Positions 62,817-64,000 of a stretch of 64,000 bases of DNA are shown in pieces. Source of the DNA: Marsupella aquatica (taxonomy: Eukaryota > Plantae > Marchantiophyta); NCBI GenBank assembly GCA_973895155.1, contig OZ316898.1:5877079-5941078 (forward strand). Direction: 5' to 3'. The translations under genes were made by a program, and so were the position numbers. The first letter of the stretch is position 1. Every line of letters begins with the position of its first letter. Below the pieces are notes generated by a model that saw only the letters and a program-made list of their open reading frames with translations, ran no database searches and had not been told where the DNA came from.

Positions 62817-63686
62817 TTAGGAAGCAGGAACACCCCCTGGAGCACCACCCGAAAATTTGTTCAACATCTTCGCTATCACAGGTGCAACTTTGGGATTGCC
62901 TTGATGCTTCGCCAGATTCGCTGGATTCTTCATGACTGCAAACAGATCGGGCAGCATCGGCAATTTCATTAGAATCTATTAAACATTAACAAAAACAAAA
63001 ACAAGAAGAAATCCTTGACGATAAATACACTTACGACGGAATTTGACAGTAGATTTCACAATGCATCTAAATTTGGCACTCATTGCAAGAATTTCAACGT
63101 AAGACGCGTGCCAAGGATACAGACCATCTTGTAGAGCAGACATGACATCCGGGTCCTGGAGAGCAGCCATAAGCTCTGGGTCCTGTAGCGTTCAAGGAAA
63201 AGAGTGAAAGTTTCAGATATTCATCTTTACAGCATCAGTAAGATCATTTGATCGAACTTGAGACCTTCCAGACATAGAATCGTTGCACACGATTGTGTTC
63301 TTTCCCCTGGCCAATGAAATTCTCCAATAGCTCAATTGCTCTCCTATATGATATTCATTCCCTAACCTAACCTAATTCACCGTTATACGAAACCACAGAA
63401 CGGAAAGACACAAGGCACTGGAGAAAGCTTTTGCTAGAGAATAGAAAGAGATAACACTCACACTTAAAATCTTGCTCATGTCGATGCCCCCCGGACCTGT
63501 TCCCCCTGCACCACCGGGGAAGCCACCTGGAAACCCACCAGGAAAGCCACCAGCACCAGCTCCAGGGAAGCCACCAGCACCAGCTCCAGGGAAGCCACCT
63601 GGAAAGCCACCTGGAAAGCCACCTGCTCCCGCTTGTGGTCCGGTTGATTTCTTTTGCTCTTTCTTCTTTGCAGCCTCATACGCAGC
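62817..63686 (-). CDS. HIP1: Hsp70-interacting protein HIP (ST13/FAM10 family), last three exons; upstream exons not located and presumably beyond the window
   Basis: Exons 63686-63462, 63182-63125, 62935-62817. They encode AAYEAAKKKEQ, GGFP repeats, and the STI1/DP domain [46 protein letters not shown]. Confidence 0.9.
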
Positions 63687-64000
63687 CTGAAACAAGGCAC
63701 AGTGCATCATGAGTTAAGCTGAAATTCTTACAGATCTAAAATCTGTCAGTTCATTTTCAATTGTAACATCTAGACGCTGCACTCCTAAGAGCCCAGTGCC
63801 ACGAACAGAAATTCGGCAAAATAATTCGTCTTTTCTGTGAACACAGTAATGAGCTGGCGAAGGCAAGATAATATTATTTAGTGACTTTTATTGCCATCAT
63901 GAACAATATGGTACTTCACAGGAAAGAACGATATCGCCTGTCACAATCACGAGTAATTGTCAATCAAACCCCGACGTGAGTGGGAAAGACCATTCAGAAC

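Overview
Eukaryotic nuclear DNA from a land plant, probably a non-seed lineage (inferred from gene and TE style, not proven). There are five host genes: an 11-exon UDP-GlcNAc:dolichyl-phosphate GlcNAc-1-P transferase (GPT/ALG7, minus), a 3-exon GT43 xylan-synthesis gene (IRX9-like, plus), an intronless oligosaccharyltransferase subunit OST3/6 (plus), a 3-exon plastid-type NFU Fe-S carrier whose first intron appears to be GC-AG (minus), and the 3' end of an Hsp70-interacting protein HIP (minus). The rest is TE-rich. The first 13.5 kb is a mosaic of duplicated and inverted repeat blocks, with MITEs, a foldback element, an orphan ORF and a ~200-nt hairpin. There are also Tourist/PIF MITEs, a nested pair of defective Ty1/copia elements (36949-45694 containing 39594-45291), a solo LTR, and a Bianca-like copia (54943-61679) with a half-tRNA-type PBS. 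The most unusual observation is that the outer copia lacks integrase, RT and RNase H but carries an antisense ORF with an RNase H1 N-terminal/caulimovirus-P6 (hybrid/dsRNA-binding) motif next to its 3' LTR. All coordinates and alignments were read by eye and no searches were run.
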